Assembly: GCA_045602385.1 (NCBI GenBank)
Contig: JAZSBL010000025.1
Coordinates: 384 to 64,383 of the forward strand
Reading direction: 5' to 3'
Length of the DNA stretch: 64,000 nt
From: Eubacteriales bacterium
Lineage (GTDB): Bacteria; Bacillota; Clostridia; Oscillospirales; CAG-272
In this document: piece after piece, positions 45,587 through 55,214 of the stretch
Layout of the letters: each line of letters starts with the position of its first letter
Numbering within the stretch: position 1 is the stretch's first letter
Position numbers and translations under genes: made by a program
The notes under the pieces: model-generated
Told to the model about the DNA's origin: nothing
What the model saw: only the letters and a program-made list of their open reading frames with translations
Database searches by the model: none

Positions 45587-46696
45587 TTATCTTGTTATAG
45601 ATTCCAAAAAGCTCAAGGCTTCATGGCGCACAGAGTCAAAAGCATGTCTTGCCCTTGTGTTTTCTCTATTGTTCTCTCCGAGAGCCTTGCGATGCTCCGG
45701 AGAATTATAAAGCTCAAGGATCTTATTCCTCAACTCGTCAACATCGCAGGGCTTAAACGTCAATCCGTTCTCGCCATCTCTTATCTCGTCGGCGGTCTCG
45801 GGAAAATCCGACATTATTACCGGCAACCCAAGCGCGCCCGCCTCAAACGCGGGTCTTGCCTGGTGCCCTTTTGTTGACGGGAACACAAGTGCATCGCATG
45901 CACGGTAAAGCGTTGGCATATCAAACACCTTGCCGAGATAGGTTATATTATCCGTATGAATCTTCTCCGCCTCAACAGCTCCGCCCGCGGCGACCAGCTG
46001 AATGTTGGTGCTGACTATTTTTGACATCGCCGCCGTTATCACGCTGTGTCCCTTAAGCTCGTCCGTTCCTCCCACGTAAAGAAGATTAAATTTAACCTTA
46101 TCAAGTCCAAATCTTTCGCACGCTTCCTCTCTTGTAAGCCCGACATTGTATTTGTCAAGCTCAATACAATCGCGTATGACCGCCTGATCTTTTACCTTGA
46201 GCGCGGAAATCTTCTTATCATGTTCCGAGATAAACAGTACTCCGTCACAATGCTTATTTATAAGGTGGCGACAATAATGATACGCAACATTGTCAACCTT
46301 AGTCTCTCGTATATACATAACCGCCTTTGCACCGGCTTTTCTTACCGTTTTAGCTGCCCACGCCAGCGTTATAGAATTAAGTATTACAATATCATAGCCG
46401 GTTTTCAATATTTCAGCGAGACGCGCGGCACTTTTTCGGGTCCTCAAACAGTTTTTTGCAAACGTACGTGTAAGCAGGCCCGGACCACCGTTGTATGCGG
46501 AGATCATTCCCATATCAGCATTAATCGCTACAGTTTTTATCCCGTCAAGCTTTTTTAGCTCTCCGTCGACCTCGCTTTCAAGGTGTGGCAAGCACACGGT
46601 TACGTCATGCTCTCCCGAAAGCATCTTGCACGCGTCGCGCAGGCTGACGCCCGCGCCGCCCCAGGAGTCACAATGATGGAGTATCAAAATTTTCAT
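45587..46696 (-). CDS. glycosyltransferase family 4
   Basis: MKILILHHCDSWGGAGVSL...LLYVGGTDELKG...FEAGALGLPVIMSD. Confidence 0.8.
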   Translation of the reverse strand: MKILILHHCDSWGGAGVSLRDACKMLSGEHDVTVCLPHLESEVDGELKKLDGIKTVAINADMGMISAYNGGPGLLTRTFAKNCLRTRKSAARLAEILKTGYDIVILNSITLAWAAKTVRKAGAKAVMYIRETKVDNVAYHYCRHLINKHCDGVLFISEHDKKISALKVKDQAVIRDCIELDKYNVGLTREEACERFGLDKVKFNLLYVGGTDELKGHSVITAAMSKIVSTNIQLVAAGGAVEAEKIHTDNITYLGKVFDMPTLYRACDALVFPSTKGHQARPAFEAGALGLPVIMSDFPETADEIRDGENGLTFKPCDVDELRNKILELYNSPEHRKALGENNRENTRARHAFDSVRHEALSFLESITR

Positions 46697-47984
46697 TTTT
46701 TCTCTCTCCTCCCATTATGATGGGTGCCACGACAAACAAGACACCAAGCGTTTTATATGACAAAACCGAATTGACTGTCGCGATGAACAAATACGCCACG
46801 ATCGCCGCAAGCAGGGCGCGCTTAGCGCGCTCTTCGCGGATAAACGAACATGCAAACTTATATCCGTATGCTATGAGCGCAAAGAAGAGTCCGCCAAGCA
46901 AAAGTCCGCCAACCGCCAAAATGTCAAGTATCGTAGAGTGATCCCACTGACAAGCGTAATCTCCAAAAATATAATTTCCAAGTATAGGATGCTTTAAGAA
47001 ATTGTTAAAGGTATCCTTATAAATCAATATTCTAAAGGTCGTGTCTTCTTTGCCTACATCGGTGTTGCCGGATAGGTATTCCGCTATATCCGCACATCTG
47101 TCACTTAGCACCTCGATAGTAATATTTTCAGACAAGTACCGCATCGCATCTTCGAGTGCGCCCGAAAAAAGGAGCACAAGTGGTGATACAACTATAAACA
47201 ATCCCAACACTATAACCACGATCTTGTTTTTTATACTCAATATCCAATAAACAAGCAATGCCACGATAGCTCCGAGAATTGCAATAAAGTATCCGCCCAA
47301 AAATACAGATGCCAAGTTGCACGCAAAGATGATACCAAAAATTACCTTGTGTTTTGTTGTCCCCAATTTATATAAGAGAACAGGAACAATTATAGCAAGG
47401 GGGTATGAGCCGGAATATCCAAGTGTAAACAGTGACGTGCCTTCATTATACGCCTCATTTTTGGCAAGCTCCGGATTTATAATAACGGTTATGAGATTAG
47501 CCAATGCTACGACGAATAATACAGCAATTGTAAAATTGGAAACCAGACGGCGCTCATCCTCCGTGAGGTTCTTTACGCTCAAAATCAGACCTGTAAGGTA
47601 AATCAGCATAAAAAGGGCGTTTCCTATCTGCTTAGTCATAGGAATCATTCCAAGAAACGTCATCTGTGGCAAAGAATCTCTACCTATCGCCATTATGAGC
47701 ATGTACATTGCCGAAAAAACCATGAAAACAACCAGGAAGTTTTGCGTCTGGATATTTTTTCTTGCTTCACCGCGGTTGCGTCGCGCGTTAAGGTACAAAT
47801 ATGCGCATATACCAAAGTCTATCGCTCCCGAGACCGCCGCGCCTGCCGCAAACAACAATGCCTGGTTGGCAAATCCGCACCATGTTTTGAAAATCAAAAT
47901 ACATACCAGAACACAATATTCGGTTATTCGGTAATTTTTTAGGGAAATCCTGTTATTCATTTTCCTGTTTCCTTGTTTCATCAA
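46668..47984 (-). CDS. wzy: O-antigen/EPS polymerase (Wzy-like)
   Basis: About 11 TM helices, a large late loop, looks AT-rich by eye, and sits between glycosyltransferases. The start is uncertain (47984, 47981 or 47960). Confidence 0.55.
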   Translation of the reverse strand: MMKQGNRKMNNRISLKNYRITEYCVLVCILIFKTWCGFANQALLFAAGAAVSGAIDFGICAYLYLNARRNRGEARKNIQTQNFLVVFMVFSAMYMLIMAIGRDSLPQMTFLGMIPMTKQIGNALFMLIYLTGLILSVKNLTEDERRLVSNFTIAVLFVVALANLITVIINPELAKNEAYNEGTSLFTLGYSGSYPLAIIVPVLLYKLGTTKHKVIFGIIFACNLASVFLGGYFIAILGAIVALLVYWILSIKNKIVVIVLGLFIVVSPLVLLFSGALEDAMRYLSENITIEVLSDRCADIAEYLSGNTDVGKEDTTFRILIYKDTFNNFLKHPILGNYIFGDYACQWDHSTILDILAVGGLLLGGLFFALIAYGYKFACSFIREERAKRALLAAIVAYLFIATVNSVLSYKTLGVLFVVAPIIMGGERKNENFDTPSL

Positions 47985-49116
47985 TCAAAGCCATTATTCT
48001 TTCGGCTTGCCTTATGTTATTTTTCTCACGCAAAACAAATTCCTTTGCGCGTCTGCCCACGTCTTCTCTCTCGTCTGCACTTTTTGCCATTACTTCAGAT
48101 ATCGCCCTTGCAATACCCTCTGCAGAGCAATCATCTATCGTGTAAAGATAGTCAAAATACTCGCGGGGTATCCCGGGAAGCTTCGTCGTCAGCAGTGGCG
48201 TTCCCGATGCCATATATTCCATCACCTTGGATGGAAATGACAGATTTCCGTACACTATATTATCAGGGCGCGGATTGATAAGCAGATTTGCATCAATTTG
48301 AGCCTGAATTGCCTCTGCGTTGGTAACTATTCCGCAATATTTTATTCTTTTATCCAATCGGCTCTTCTCGTTAATCCATTCCGCTAGCTTTCCGTTACCA
48401 TATATATTTAGCTCAAAATTTTCTGCGCTTATATGGCCCACTGCATCCACCAGCTCCTCAATGCCGGTGAGGGGGGCTATGCTTCCCGCATAGACACAGG
48501 TAAAATTTTCTTCCGCCTTGTCCATGTGTGATTTTTTACAAATCGCCTCTTCGCAGCTACCCTCCACAATAACACGCGGTGCAGCCTTTTGATTGACAAA
48601 ATCGTTCATAGCCTCGGTTAAAAGAACATACCCATGATAATGTTTCATCAAAAACGACGTTAATCGCTCAAAGAACTTACTTCCGCCTCGAAGCTTTTCC
48701 GGGATATCCGTTATGATTGCTATTGCGGGAACCCTATATTTTTTTGCAACTCTAAGTGCATTCATAGATGCCAGCGGATTTATTGCATCGCATATTATCG
48801 CCTCCGGTTTTTCCCTCTTGCACACTGCCTCGGAAAGCTTTCTCATGGACATATAGTTGCAAAGCTTATGGAGTATTCCCCTATTTGATCCTAACACATG
48901 ATACTCTATATTCCCTTGGTTTTGGCAAGTAGGATCAACATCCACCAAAGCACTATACGGGGGGTTTGATATGGCGCAAACATCCGTGTGTACAGCCAGA
49001 CCTTTAACAATCAGCAAATTGAATTTTTGCGCCTGATGTCCGGACGTTATTTTCCCCGCCTTAACCAGTTGTGAGAAGTAATCTTCATTGATAGCTGAAC
49101 TTAAATATAAAACCAT
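47953..49116 (-). CDS. glycosyltransferase family 4
   Basis: FTCVYAGSIAPLTGIEELV...NLSFPSKVMEYMASGTPLLTT. Confidence 0.75.
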   Translation of the reverse strand: MVLYLSSAINEDYFSQLVKAGKITSGHQAQKFNLLIVKGLAVHTDVCAISNPPYSALVDVDPTCQNQGNIEYHVLGSNRGILHKLCNYMSMRKLSEAVCKREKPEAIICDAINPLASMNALRVAKKYRVPAIAIITDIPEKLRGGSKFFERLTSFLMKHYHGYVLLTEAMNDFVNQKAAPRVIVEGSCEEAICKKSHMDKAEENFTCVYAGSIAPLTGIEELVDAVGHISAENFELNIYGNGKLAEWINEKSRLDKRIKYCGIVTNAEAIQAQIDANLLINPRPDNIVYGNLSFPSKVMEYMASGTPLLTTKLPGIPREYFDYLYTIDDCSAEGIARAISEVMAKSADEREDVGRRAKEFVLREKNNIRQAERIMALIDETRKQENE

Positions 49117-49173
49117 TTTCCCTTTCCCATTCTAAACGCAATAGCACGCCTCGCCCCGCTGGGCGTTGGGTTG

Positions 49174-49425
49174 TTACTTTTCGTTTAGATCCTTCTTGAT
49201 TTGAGTGGTGCTGATTTCGGGAGTCCTCGGGAGATAAACCACCTCAACTCCCTCTTCTCTTAAAAAGTCAAACTTACCCTTACAATCATCGCCCATAACA
49301 AAGGTGTCTATATGATATTCGTGTACGTCTGTCCGCTTTTGCTCCCAGCAGGTTTCAGGAATAACAAGATCTACGTATCTGACAGACTCAACGAGAGCCT
49401 TTCTCTGCTCATAGGAGAAATTTTT
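49174..49425 (-). pseudogene. 3' fragment of a glycerol-3-phosphate cytidylyltransferase gene (tagD-like), lacking the N-terminal HxGH half
   Basis: My translation reads KNFSYEQRKALVESVRYVDLVIPETCWEQKRTDVHEYHIDTFVMGDDCKGKFDFLREEGVEVVYLPRTPEISTTQIKKDLNEK*. This parallels the B. subtilis TagD C-terminal two-thirds as I recall it. The frame is closed upstream by TGA at 49426-49428 and has no start codon. Confidence 0.7.
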
Positions 49426-49640
49426 TCAAAAGCCTCGCTAAGTGATAGCATTTTCTCGTAATCTTTCCGCGGCATTCCCACATCTATGTCATCGTCCCAT
49501 GGAATAAATCCCTTGTGCCTTATTGCACCAAGCATGGTTCCACCCAAAAGATAATACCTCAGGTTGTGGATTCTGCAAAACAGATCGAACTCCTTGAATA
49601 TTTCAAAACACCCCTGCTGAATCATTCGTGTTCGCTTCAT
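49371..49640 (-). pseudogene. 5' fragment of a LicD-family phosphotransferase gene (first 75 or so codons only)
   Basis: ...YYLLGGTMLGAIRHKGFIPWDDDIDVGMPRKDYEKM is the LicD N-terminal signature. The ORF then runs out of frame into the tagD fragment and stops at 89 aa, whereas the family is usually about 270 aa. Confidence 0.7.
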
Positions 49641-49656
49641 TTGTGATACGCCCCTA

Positions 49657-50610
49657 TTATATATTTTCGTTGTACAAGGACGATAATTCTTTATATCCGT
49701 TTTGCCTGAGCTTTGTAGCGCGCCTCATAGCACGAGCCATATCACCCGGAGCCCGGCGCTTTACAATTCTCTCTGTCAATTTCCAAAAATTACACCAGTC
49801 CATCGCCAACCGGGATTTTATTCCCATTTGGTGCTTGTGGCTCAAATACTCTCTGTTAAGCACATACATATACGTGCTTTTTTTGGAAGGTATTCTATAT
49901 TCCTGACTCGCCAGGTGCATTACGTGTATTCTGTCATCATAAATGCACCTCAAGCTCTCCGCTTTCGCCTTCTTGTAATAGGCGTAGCTAAAATCCAGAT
50001 CCTCAGCATAGGCATAGCTTGTCAAATTCTCGTCCCATTCAATTCCCCACTTTTCAATGAGGGATTTCTTAACAGAGAAAAAGAAGCCCATTGCCCACTC
50101 GGTGTCCACCTGTCCCTTAACCTCATTTGGGAATCGGCCAAGCACGGACGCCGTAACGTGTCCTATTTTTCTCTTCTTAAACGAACGGGTGCCGAAAAGG
50201 TAGCTTACCCATCCGTTATTTTTCTTGCTGTTGTCGTCAAGCCCTGCAAGCATAGAGATCTGCCGGTCGGCCATGATGCTATACAATGTCTGCAAGGTGT
50301 CGGGATAAACATCCACGTCGTCATCAGAGTAGACGAGTATCTCCTCGGAGGCGTAACGAAGAGCGGTATTTCTTGCGACGGTCGATGACGGAACGGCTTG
50401 ATATACGTATACCGTTCCAGTTTCCGTGCAGGCATCCAAAATAGCCTTGATCCGTCGACGGTTCTCCTCGTCTTGGCTCTGATCAACCACTACAATTTGA
50501 CTCGGCACATATTCTGAAGCCATATAAGTTTGTATTGTTCGTTTTAGTGTTTCGGGGCGATTCATCGTGGGGATAAGTACCGATATTGGCAAAATACTCT
50601 TCACGTTCAT
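49657..50610 (-). CDS. glycosyltransferase family 2
   Basis: ISVLIPTMNRPETLKRTIQTYMAS...VVVDQS...YSDDDVDV (DxD). Confidence 0.8.
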   Translation of the reverse strand: MNVKSILPISVLIPTMNRPETLKRTIQTYMASEYVPSQIVVVDQSQDEENRRRIKAILDACTETGTVYVYQAVPSSTVARNTALRYASEEILVYSDDDVDVYPDTLQTLYSIMADRQISMLAGLDDNSKKNNGWVSYLFGTRSFKKRKIGHVTASVLGRFPNEVKGQVDTEWAMGFFFSVKKSLIEKWGIEWDENLTSYAYAEDLDFSYAYYKKAKAESLRCIYDDRIHVMHLASQEYRIPSKKSTYMYVLNREYLSHKHQMGIKSRLAMDWCNFWKLTERIVKRRAPGDMARAMRRATKLRQNGYKELSSLYNENI

Positions 50611-50622
50611 TGCCTCCTTTTT

Positions 50623-51729
50623 TCAAATTTGTCTTAATTCTTCAAAAATTTCAACGTGGCGCGCCGCCATCTTCTCTATGGTGTACATGCGCACGGTTTC
50701 TCTGCTGCTCTTAAATAACAGCGCCTTATTCTCTGTGTCCAACACAGATTTTATTTTCTCTGCCAGGGAATCTCTGTCTTCTGCGGGAACGATATATCCG
50801 TTCTCGCCGTCCCTGACCATTTCAAGCGCGGCAATACATCTGTTAGTAGACACTATCGGCAAGCCATATGCCATCGCCTCGTTTATAACAAGTCCCCAGA
50901 TATCCTCTCTTGTCGGCAAAACAAAGAGATCCGCCGCGGCATAATAATATCCAAGCTCTCCCTTGGTCTTGAAGCCCACAAAATGAAGATTATCAAGTCC
51001 AAGCTCGCGCCTCAGATCAAGATATTCCTCTGTCGGCTCGCCGCCAACAATATATATTCCGGTATTCTTATCAAGCTTGCTTGCCGCCTGCATCAGTATA
51101 TCAAAGCCCTTGCGGTGGATGAACTGTCCAACCGATAGGATAATTTTTTCTTCCTTAACTCCGAGCTTTTCGCGCAACGCACTCGTGCCCAGTTCCACAA
51201 GCTCATCCGCTTTTACAATATCAGACTCGGAAACCGAGGTGAAAGGATATTTCCATATTTTCTGCTCGGATATTCCTATCGACAAAAGATACTGTTTATG
51301 CTCCTCGCAGGTTGTGAAATGTCCCGCCGCTCCGCAAATAAAATATTTTTTCAAAATACTTATCGGGAACCGGTCTTTTTTATGGAATCCGCCGTCGTAC
51401 TCTATGTAATACTTCTTTTTGTGTCGGCGACAGTATGAAATTGCGCTCATTGTTGCGGGGGATACATAATTTGTGAAAATGACGATGTCAAAATCATTGT
51501 TTTTTACGTAATCGCGTAACGCGCCGCCAACACTTCTGTCCGTCTTGAACGGCTTTAGATTTAATTGTACTGCTGTGAAATTTTCTGCAGCCTTTCCCCT
51601 CCACTTGCCATCTCTGTCCGACGCAGTCTCTCTCTCGAAGCACACCGTCAGGTCGCAATACTTGCCGAGCTCGTTGAAAAAATCAACTCTGTACGGAGAC
51701 GGAACGTTGGTTGAAAACATTATTTTCAT
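50623..51729 (-). CDS. glycosyltransferase family 4
   Basis: ILSVGQFIHRKGFDILM...REDIWGLVINEAMAYGLPIVST. Confidence 0.8.
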   Translation of the reverse strand: MKIMFSTNVPSPYRVDFFNELGKYCDLTVCFERETASDRDGKWRGKAAENFTAVQLNLKPFKTDRSVGGALRDYVKNNDFDIVIFTNYVSPATMSAISYCRRHKKKYYIEYDGGFHKKDRFPISILKKYFICGAAGHFTTCEEHKQYLLSIGISEQKIWKYPFTSVSESDIVKADELVELGTSALREKLGVKEEKIILSVGQFIHRKGFDILMQAASKLDKNTGIYIVGGEPTEEYLDLRRELGLDNLHFVGFKTKGELGYYYAAADLFVLPTREDIWGLVINEAMAYGLPIVSTNRCIAALEMVRDGENGYIVPAEDRDSLAEKIKSVLDTENKALLFKSSRETVRMYTIEKMAARHVEIFEELRQI

Positions 51730-52949
51730 ACAGAAATCTCCGTCAAATTATACATTTCAACGTATTCGTTGTTATCTTTGAGTCCGTAGGTAGCCGCGCA
51801 AGACACACAACGACTTGTTACATCCTCTGTTTTACTCATTGTTGTTATTGCCTGATAGATTGCATCAACATCGCAAAACGGAACACAGACGCCACAACCA
51901 ACTCCGTCCTCGGCAACAACCGCGCGCTCAACTATCTCTTCACACGCTGTACCCTTGTATACAACAATCGGCGTTCCACAAGCCATCGCCTCAACCGTGG
52001 TAAGACCAAACGTTTCTTCCCTGCTTGGATTTACAAAAATATCCGCCGCGGTGTACCACTGCGCGAGCTCTGTTGCGTTTTTCGTTCTCGTGATCTTTAT
52101 AATGTTATCGGGCAGCTCAGCCACCTGCTTGTCGGTAAGCCCAACAAGAACTACCTTATATGTGTCGTCAAGCATTTGGGACAACTTTACAAAATCGTCA
52201 AGGCCCTTTGCCTTACCCCAATTCTGCGCCACTCCGATTACTATTTTCTTGTTTTCAAGGCCGTATTTTTCACGGATATCGCTCTCTGTGGGCTTGAATG
52301 TACTCGTATCTATTCCGTTATGTACGACCTTTACGGGGTATTCCCTCAAAAATGACTGCTTTACAAGATCGGCAAGCCATTGCGAGGGCGTTATGATGGT
52401 CATATCCTTCACACCCGTGAACGCAGCTTTTTTTCTTGTAAAATTATTCTCTGCGTTACTAAACACCTTAGACGAGGGATAAACGTGCTTTTGTGGGCAA
52501 TTTCCACATTTGGTCTGCCACTTGTTGCATTGTGCCAACATGAAATGGGCACAATGCCCCGTAAACGACCAGCAATCGTGGAGTGTCCAAAACACCTTTT
52601 TATCTGCCTTTTTGAGATAATCAAACAGTATCTCTACGTTGATGCAATATCCGTGAAGGTTGTGCAAATGGATTATATCGGGATCGTACTCCTCGATCTT
52701 GGCTACAAGCTCCTTTGTTGCCTTTTTTGCGTTGAAGCCCTCGTTATCAAAGATTCGCGCCATAACGCCATTGAATTTAACATCAAGTCCGCCGCCAATG
52801 CGCCAAGAATCCTCGGGCGCGTAGAATGCCTCTCTCGCCGCCGCTATCTTGCACTCGTGCCCCTGCTCTTTGAGGGTATCGTATATTCCGTTCATTATGC
52901 GCGGCGGTCCGCCAACGCTGAAAAACGAATTTATCTGTAAGACCTTCAT
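51726..52949 (-). CDS. glycosyltransferase family 4
   Basis: MKVLQINSFFSVGGPPRIM...HLHNLHGY...REETFGLTTVEAMACGTPIVVY. Confidence 0.8.
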   Translation of the reverse strand: MKVLQINSFFSVGGPPRIMNGIYDTLKEQGHECKIAAAREAFYAPEDSWRIGGGLDVKFNGVMARIFDNEGFNAKKATKELVAKIEEYDPDIIHLHNLHGYCINVEILFDYLKKADKKVFWTLHDCWSFTGHCAHFMLAQCNKWQTKCGNCPQKHVYPSSKVFSNAENNFTRKKAAFTGVKDMTIITPSQWLADLVKQSFLREYPVKVVHNGIDTSTFKPTESDIREKYGLENKKIVIGVAQNWGKAKGLDDFVKLSQMLDDTYKVVLVGLTDKQVAELPDNIIKITRTKNATELAQWYTAADIFVNPSREETFGLTTVEAMACGTPIVVYKGTACEEIVERAVVAEDGVGCGVCVPFCDVDAIYQAITTMSKTEDVTSRCVSCAATYGLKDNNEYVEMYNLTEISV

Positions 52950-52977
52950 ATTAACTCCCCATCAGTTATTATCGAAT

Positions 52978-54018
52978 TCACATTATGTATTTCAAGAAAC
53001 AGAGTCGTTTTGAACTTGACGCCTTAACCGCCAAACAAGAAAGACTCACTGTAAACACGATAGTCAATATAAGCAACAGAAGATTGTGTATATCAAATGC
53101 CCCAAACGCCGTCGCGCTGAAAATCGCTTTTAATATCTTGATCACCACGTAATGCAATACGTAGATCATTGTGCTTGTCTTTCTCATATAGAAGAAAATC
53201 GGATTCGGTTTTATTTCGATCGTCAAAGTGAGCCGCATTGCGAAATACGCCATGGGCAACGCCGACAGCCAAAGAAAGGTGAACGGCGCGTTTAAAAACA
53301 TTACAGCAACCACAGACTCAACTCCAAGCAAAATAAAGAACAAGCCCGTAAGTATTGCGTTCTTTTTGTGTTCCTTTTTGATTGTCTGTGTTGCCATGAT
53401 CGCCGCGAGAGCTACGTATGGCAAAGCAAAGTAAAACCCGTTTTGCGTACCGATTATCGGAGTCACGTTCTTATTGATAAGGGCAATAAATCCCCACTCT
53501 GACGTAACACCTAAAAGTGTGGAAAGCATATATCCAAGCAGCCAAAGTGCGCAGGATATTCCAAACACCAAATATTTATTAAGCACACAGGAAAGCAGAA
53601 AAACGATCAAGCTTCCCCATATCAGCGCCGACATGAACCAAAGCGGACTTCCGTTGGTTGTGAAAACAAATTGCTTCAAATACCACATCGGAGAGTTGAT
53701 ATGCGAGCCAAATGCCACATCCACCAAATTAAATATGACAAACCAAATTGCATAAAATCGTATCAACCTCAGAAAATACGCAAAATAAACTTTGAATTTT
53801 TCTTTGAATGTTTCGCAATTCAGCAGTTTCTTAAAAAGGAAATATGACGACGACAAGAAGAAGTATGGCACCGCAAAGCGCGTCACAAGCCCTATTCCCG
53901 CATCGAGCCAGAATATATTTTCAAAAGGCTTGGCATGGATTACCACCACCAATATGGCACAGATAAACTTAAACAGATCCACTGCAGCATATTCTTTTTT
54001 GTGCTCTGCTTTAATCAT
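52978..54018 (-). CDS. acyltransferase-3 family O-acyltransferase (third copy in the locus)
   Basis: MIKAEHKKEYAAVDLFKFICAILVVVIHAKPF... with about 10 TM helices. Confidence 0.7.
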   Translation of the reverse strand: MIKAEHKKEYAAVDLFKFICAILVVVIHAKPFENIFWLDAGIGLVTRFAVPYFFLSSSYFLFKKLLNCETFKEKFKVYFAYFLRLIRFYAIWFVIFNLVDVAFGSHINSPMWYLKQFVFTTNGSPLWFMSALIWGSLIVFLLSCVLNKYLVFGISCALWLLGYMLSTLLGVTSEWGFIALINKNVTPIIGTQNGFYFALPYVALAAIMATQTIKKEHKKNAILTGLFFILLGVESVVAVMFLNAPFTFLWLSALPMAYFAMRLTLTIEIKPNPIFFYMRKTSTMIYVLHYVVIKILKAIFSATAFGAFDIHNLLLLILTIVFTVSLSCLAVKASSSKRLCFLKYIM

Positions 54019-54038
54019 ATATCAAAACTCCTGATTTT

Positions 54039-55214
54039 TTATTCTACCCCTCGTTTTTTCTTGTCTTCAAACAGCTTTTTAACTGACGTTATCGAATAAA
54101 CAAAGAAAGGTCTTAAGTCCTCCCACGAGAAGATCTCATCAACTGTGTTTTTGAAATTAAAGAACGAGGGCTTTGCAGAAAACCGACTCTTTGACTTTAA
54201 AAACCACAGAACATCCATGTGTATATATCTAAGATAGACACCCTCCGGATATTCGGAAAACTCGGTTATCTCTCCGCCATCCGCCTCGTCAAGAAGCTGG
54301 CGCGCGAGGTCTATACCGCACGTAAAGCATATCTTTGCGGTCCCGTTTATTCTGGGGTTTATCTCAAGTATTTTTGCAACTCCGTCGCGCGGGTCACGGA
54401 TAAGGTCGAGTGAGGCATAGCCAGTCCAACCAAGCGCTTTTAAAAGCGCGATGCAATCGTCTTTGATCTTCTCGTCCTTTATTGTCACATTTATCGTGCT
54501 TGAGCCGCCGTTTGTCGGATACCAACGAAGCTTATCCATCAAAATGAAGCTCTTGCATTCACCGCGGTGATCCATTACCATTTCAACCTGATATTGGCTT
54601 GACGTTTGCGGTATGTACTCTTGCACAAGTGACGCGCCAAACTTTTCCTCGGTCAGCGCAAAAAGCCTTTCCAACTCTTCTCTGCTCTCAACTACATTAA
54701 ATCCGTTTGCGCCGTACCCGCTCCTCGGCTTGATAACCAACGGATATTTCCACCCGCTATCATCAAACTCCGAAAGGCGCGAAAAGATCGCGGTCTTAGG
54801 GCATGGTATGCCGTTATCCATGCACACCTGCATGGTCTTTTGCTTATCTGCCGCCATACCAAAAATCTCGGGTGAGTTAACGGCAATATAAGAATACGCG
54901 GAAAGCTCCTCTTTGTGATCTGCAAGGATGGTTGCGGCAAAATCATTCATCGGGACAACAAGATCATATCTTCCCGTTTCTATCGCTTCTTTTATCCCAT
55001 TGTACGTGCCTTGCACATCGTGACGGTCGAAAATGCCCATCACCTTCTCGTCGGTATATCGGTAAACATATCCCACGTCAAGCTTTGAGGAGCAATACAC
55101 CGAGACGCAACATCCCTGTAAGGAAAACCCCTTTATCATCGGGAGTACCTGTCTGGATCCGCCGTCAACAAGCAACACCCTCTTGCCGCTCGTGAGCTTA
55201 CTTTTTCTCGACAT
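54039..55214 (-). CDS. ATP-grasp domain protein
   Basis: YPLVIKPRSGYGANGFNVV...SLVQEYIP...ASLDLIRDPRDGVAKILEINPRING (ATP-grasp fold blocks). Confidence 0.75.
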   Translation of the reverse strand: MSRKSKLTSGKRVLLVDGGSRQVLPMIKGFSLQGCCVSVYCSSKLDVGYVYRYTDEKVMGIFDRHDVQGTYNGIKEAIETGRYDLVVPMNDFAATILADHKEELSAYSYIAVNSPEIFGMAADKQKTMQVCMDNGIPCPKTAIFSRLSEFDDSGWKYPLVIKPRSGYGANGFNVVESREELERLFALTEEKFGASLVQEYIPQTSSQYQVEMVMDHRGECKSFILMDKLRWYPTNGGSSTINVTIKDEKIKDDCIALLKALGWTGYASLDLIRDPRDGVAKILEINPRINGTAKICFTCGIDLARQLLDEADGGEITEFSEYPEGVYLRYIHMDVLWFLKSKSRFSAKPSFFNFKNTVDEIFSWEDLRPFFVYSITSVKKLFEDKKKRGVE

